From positions 1 through 38,309 of the forward strand of contig JYFJ02003732.1 in assembly GCA_000934665.2 (NCBI GenBank): a stretch of 38,309 nucleotides of DNA, in the 5' to 3' direction. The position numbers and the translations under genes were made by a program. Below the pieces are notes generated by a model. That model searched no databases and was not told the origin of the DNA. It saw only the letters and a program-made list of their open reading frames with translations. Within the stretch, counting starts at the first letter, position 1. Each line of letters begins with the position of its first letter. Below are positions 35,976 through 38,309 of this stretch, one piece after another. The stretch is from Catajapyx aquilonaris (Eukaryota).

Positions 35976-37782
35976 ACTCGTGTTACTGGAGCACCAGGTT
36001 GCTGCACTCTATTGTATTGATCTTGCCCAAAGTGGCTGGACCCAAAGAAATGGGCCATCTCCGCTACTAACCTGCTATTGTTGTCCCAAGTTCAGGGGTG
36101 CCTACTCATTAACAGATATGGGACAGTGTGGACGCGTCCCGAGTGGCGCGTCTACGAGCAATGACGCTGTAATTGTCAGTGTGGATGTCGCGTCGTCATT
36201 TTAAGGCTGGAAGCTGCTTCCGTGTCACCTGTCTTCAAGGGTCTCCACAATATAGCCTAACTTGTTATGGTACTCGGAACAGCCACTCCCTCACCAAGTG
36301 CTTACATTATTTTATATTCAGGCGCGGGATCAGTAGCACAATGTATAATATAAGGGAAAGAAGAACACGAATGCTGAAGTATCAATATTTCCGTCACGAT
36401 AGTTTTCATTCAAAGCAGGCCTACCGTTCAGTGGAAATACTACTGCCACCTTTTTCGTCATCATTGTATTCAGATTTTATTGCACTACAACCCGTGCTAC
36501 GTTATTGTCAGCAATAAGATGTCGATGGGATAGTCCTCAAACCTTTCAATGTCATGTAGTCAGAACTACTTGCATATCGCGCATTCCTTTCGCCCCTCCG
36601 AATTTCTTATACTTGCCCACATATGGCAATGGCTCACATATAAATTACTGTGCAAAATGTCACTTTCATACCAATCTAAGGCATTTTACTGGTTGATGTA
36701 GTGATAAAGCAACTTTTCTTATGGATGGCCATTTAAAGTTTTATTTGTGTATATACAAATACTAATAAGTTAATTGGATAGCCTGTGATAGACCTGTAAT
36801 TATTCTACATTGTTATTCCTCACTTCGTGTATCACTGTCTGTAAAAGTGGGAGGAAACGGTACGGTAGATACTCTATACAAAACTAATGTGAATATACGG
36901 AGTTAACACCTTGAAACTTTATTTAAATGAGAATATCCATCTCTCTACCTGGGATTGCGATACCTTTTCTGAGGCACATAACGCAGCTTGACCTATGTAG
37001 TCATAATGGTCACATTCCCCGGCACTAAATAATTCATCGACTTGTGTCCTCTCCTTCACTCAAACACCATACTCCTACGTAGTACTTTTAAGTATACCCA
37101 AGAACTTTGTTGGTTACGCCCGCCCTCTTCCACACACAGCCCCTGAATTTACAACTCTTCGCCCACCTTCACAACTGGCTTCACCGACTTTGGAAAAATC
37201 CGTTGTGCACATAGAAATGCACGCTTTCATTTAAACAGAGGTGTACACTACACAATCAACTGAAGGTGTATCTTGCTCTACGAGGACACCTGAAATAAAG
37301 CATTTCCTTCACTTACATGTTATAGGATGAAAGTTACGAGCAGTCAAAAGTGTGTGGCAGAAGTCACAAATATCTACCCACAGCCCTCAGTGCGTCAAAT
37401 ATGTTCGCCTAGGTGTAATTATCCCACCACATCTGTGAGTTGTTGCCTCCCAAACATGTCAAATTGCGCAGACAGATGGTTCGGCACATGTGCCCACACT
37501 ATGTCGGCAACCGGTCGCAGTCTCGGTATACGTGGAAGGACGAATCCTATATACGAAGGACTTGCTTGCAGTCAGTGTAAAGAGGATAGGTCATAGGGTG
37601 GGTCATTGCATATGACGTATAGTTACTCGCCACGTAAGAGACATTCTTCTGCTCTATCTGGCGTGAGGAAGAGTGTCCAGCGAAAATGCCCCGGTCAGCA
37701 CATCCTTCTATGGTAATTATTCACGTATAGGTTTCATTGTGTGAAGGGTGATTATGTACGGAAGGTACAACCAATGTGTCCT

Positions 37783-37990
37783 TAGTAAAACTTCTCTAAG
37801 TCGAACTTCCCTAAGTCGAAGTTCTCTATAAGTCGAATAAAATGATGAGCTTGGTTGGCCACAATGTAAAAATAGGAAATAAACTTCCCTAACTCGAATT
37901 TCTATAACTCGAAGTTCTCCATAACTCGAAGTGCTGGCAGGGCCTTTCGATGGCATATCAATGCATTTTCAGTCTCCCTAAGTCCAAGTT
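37783..37990. mobile_element. pogo/Tigger-like transposon end with subterminal repeats
   Basis: AGTAAAACTTCTCTAAGTCGAAC start; six TAA(G/C)TCGAA units at 15-17 bp spacing in two triplets (37797, 37812, 37829; 37890, 37905, 37922) plus a degenerate copy at 37979. No partner end found. Confidence 0.6.
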
Positions 37991-38309
37991 CATGTTGGTG
38001 AGTACGAAAAATTTTCTCATTTCCCAGCCGATGGGTCGAGAGTAGCCCATCACGTGTACAGAAAGGCTCAATTTCCTGATCTCCGTCTACCAGACGTACC
38101 GAAAGAAGGGCTTGACTCGATTGTGACTATTGAATCCTTGAATCTAAGAGTAGGCCAATGTCCATAACGGAGATTTCTTTACAACAAAACAACGAGGAAC
38201 ATTGTAAGTGTGATAGTGACAGTTATTTTTAAGTTTTGAACACCTTTCGTCCCTGGATATAAAGGTATAGGCTTCCTTATAGAGTTCTGTGCTTCAAACA
38301 TTCCAAACT

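Noticed and set aside
35602..36204. 200-aa plus-strand ORF
   Set aside because: Explained by GC-richness; no protein-like motif.
37788..37930. Regularly spaced short repeats as a CRISPR-like array
   Set aside because: Units are 9 bp with 6-8 bp related spacers, in eukaryotic context with no cas genes; typical transposon subterminal repeats.

Overview
Eukaryotic (animal, probably invertebrate; some repeats look arthropod-like) gene-poor genomic DNA, mostly AT-rich with several GC-rich islands. The only clear protein-coding gene is a canonical-type noggin (BMP antagonist) on the minus strand. Its large coding exon (7868-8659) has no usable ATG and begins at a strong splice acceptor. The best first-exon candidate I found lies about 21.7 kb upstream (30321-30410): it is in phase and has a TATA-like box and a uORF. 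Splicing the two gives a 293-aa Noggin with an Arg-rich N-terminal extension before the hydrophobic segment, suggestive of a type II signal-anchor. The intron and flanks carry many non-autonomous DNA transposons/MITEs (piggyBac-, Tc1/mariner-, Sola1-, hAT- and pogo-like), decayed Harbinger/piggyBac transposase relics, and a tRNA-derived element. Candidate cis-regulatory islands include an exact GRCGNC(N5)GTCTG Smad/Schnurri BMP-response element within a GGCGCC cluster. All calls were made by eye; no searches were run.
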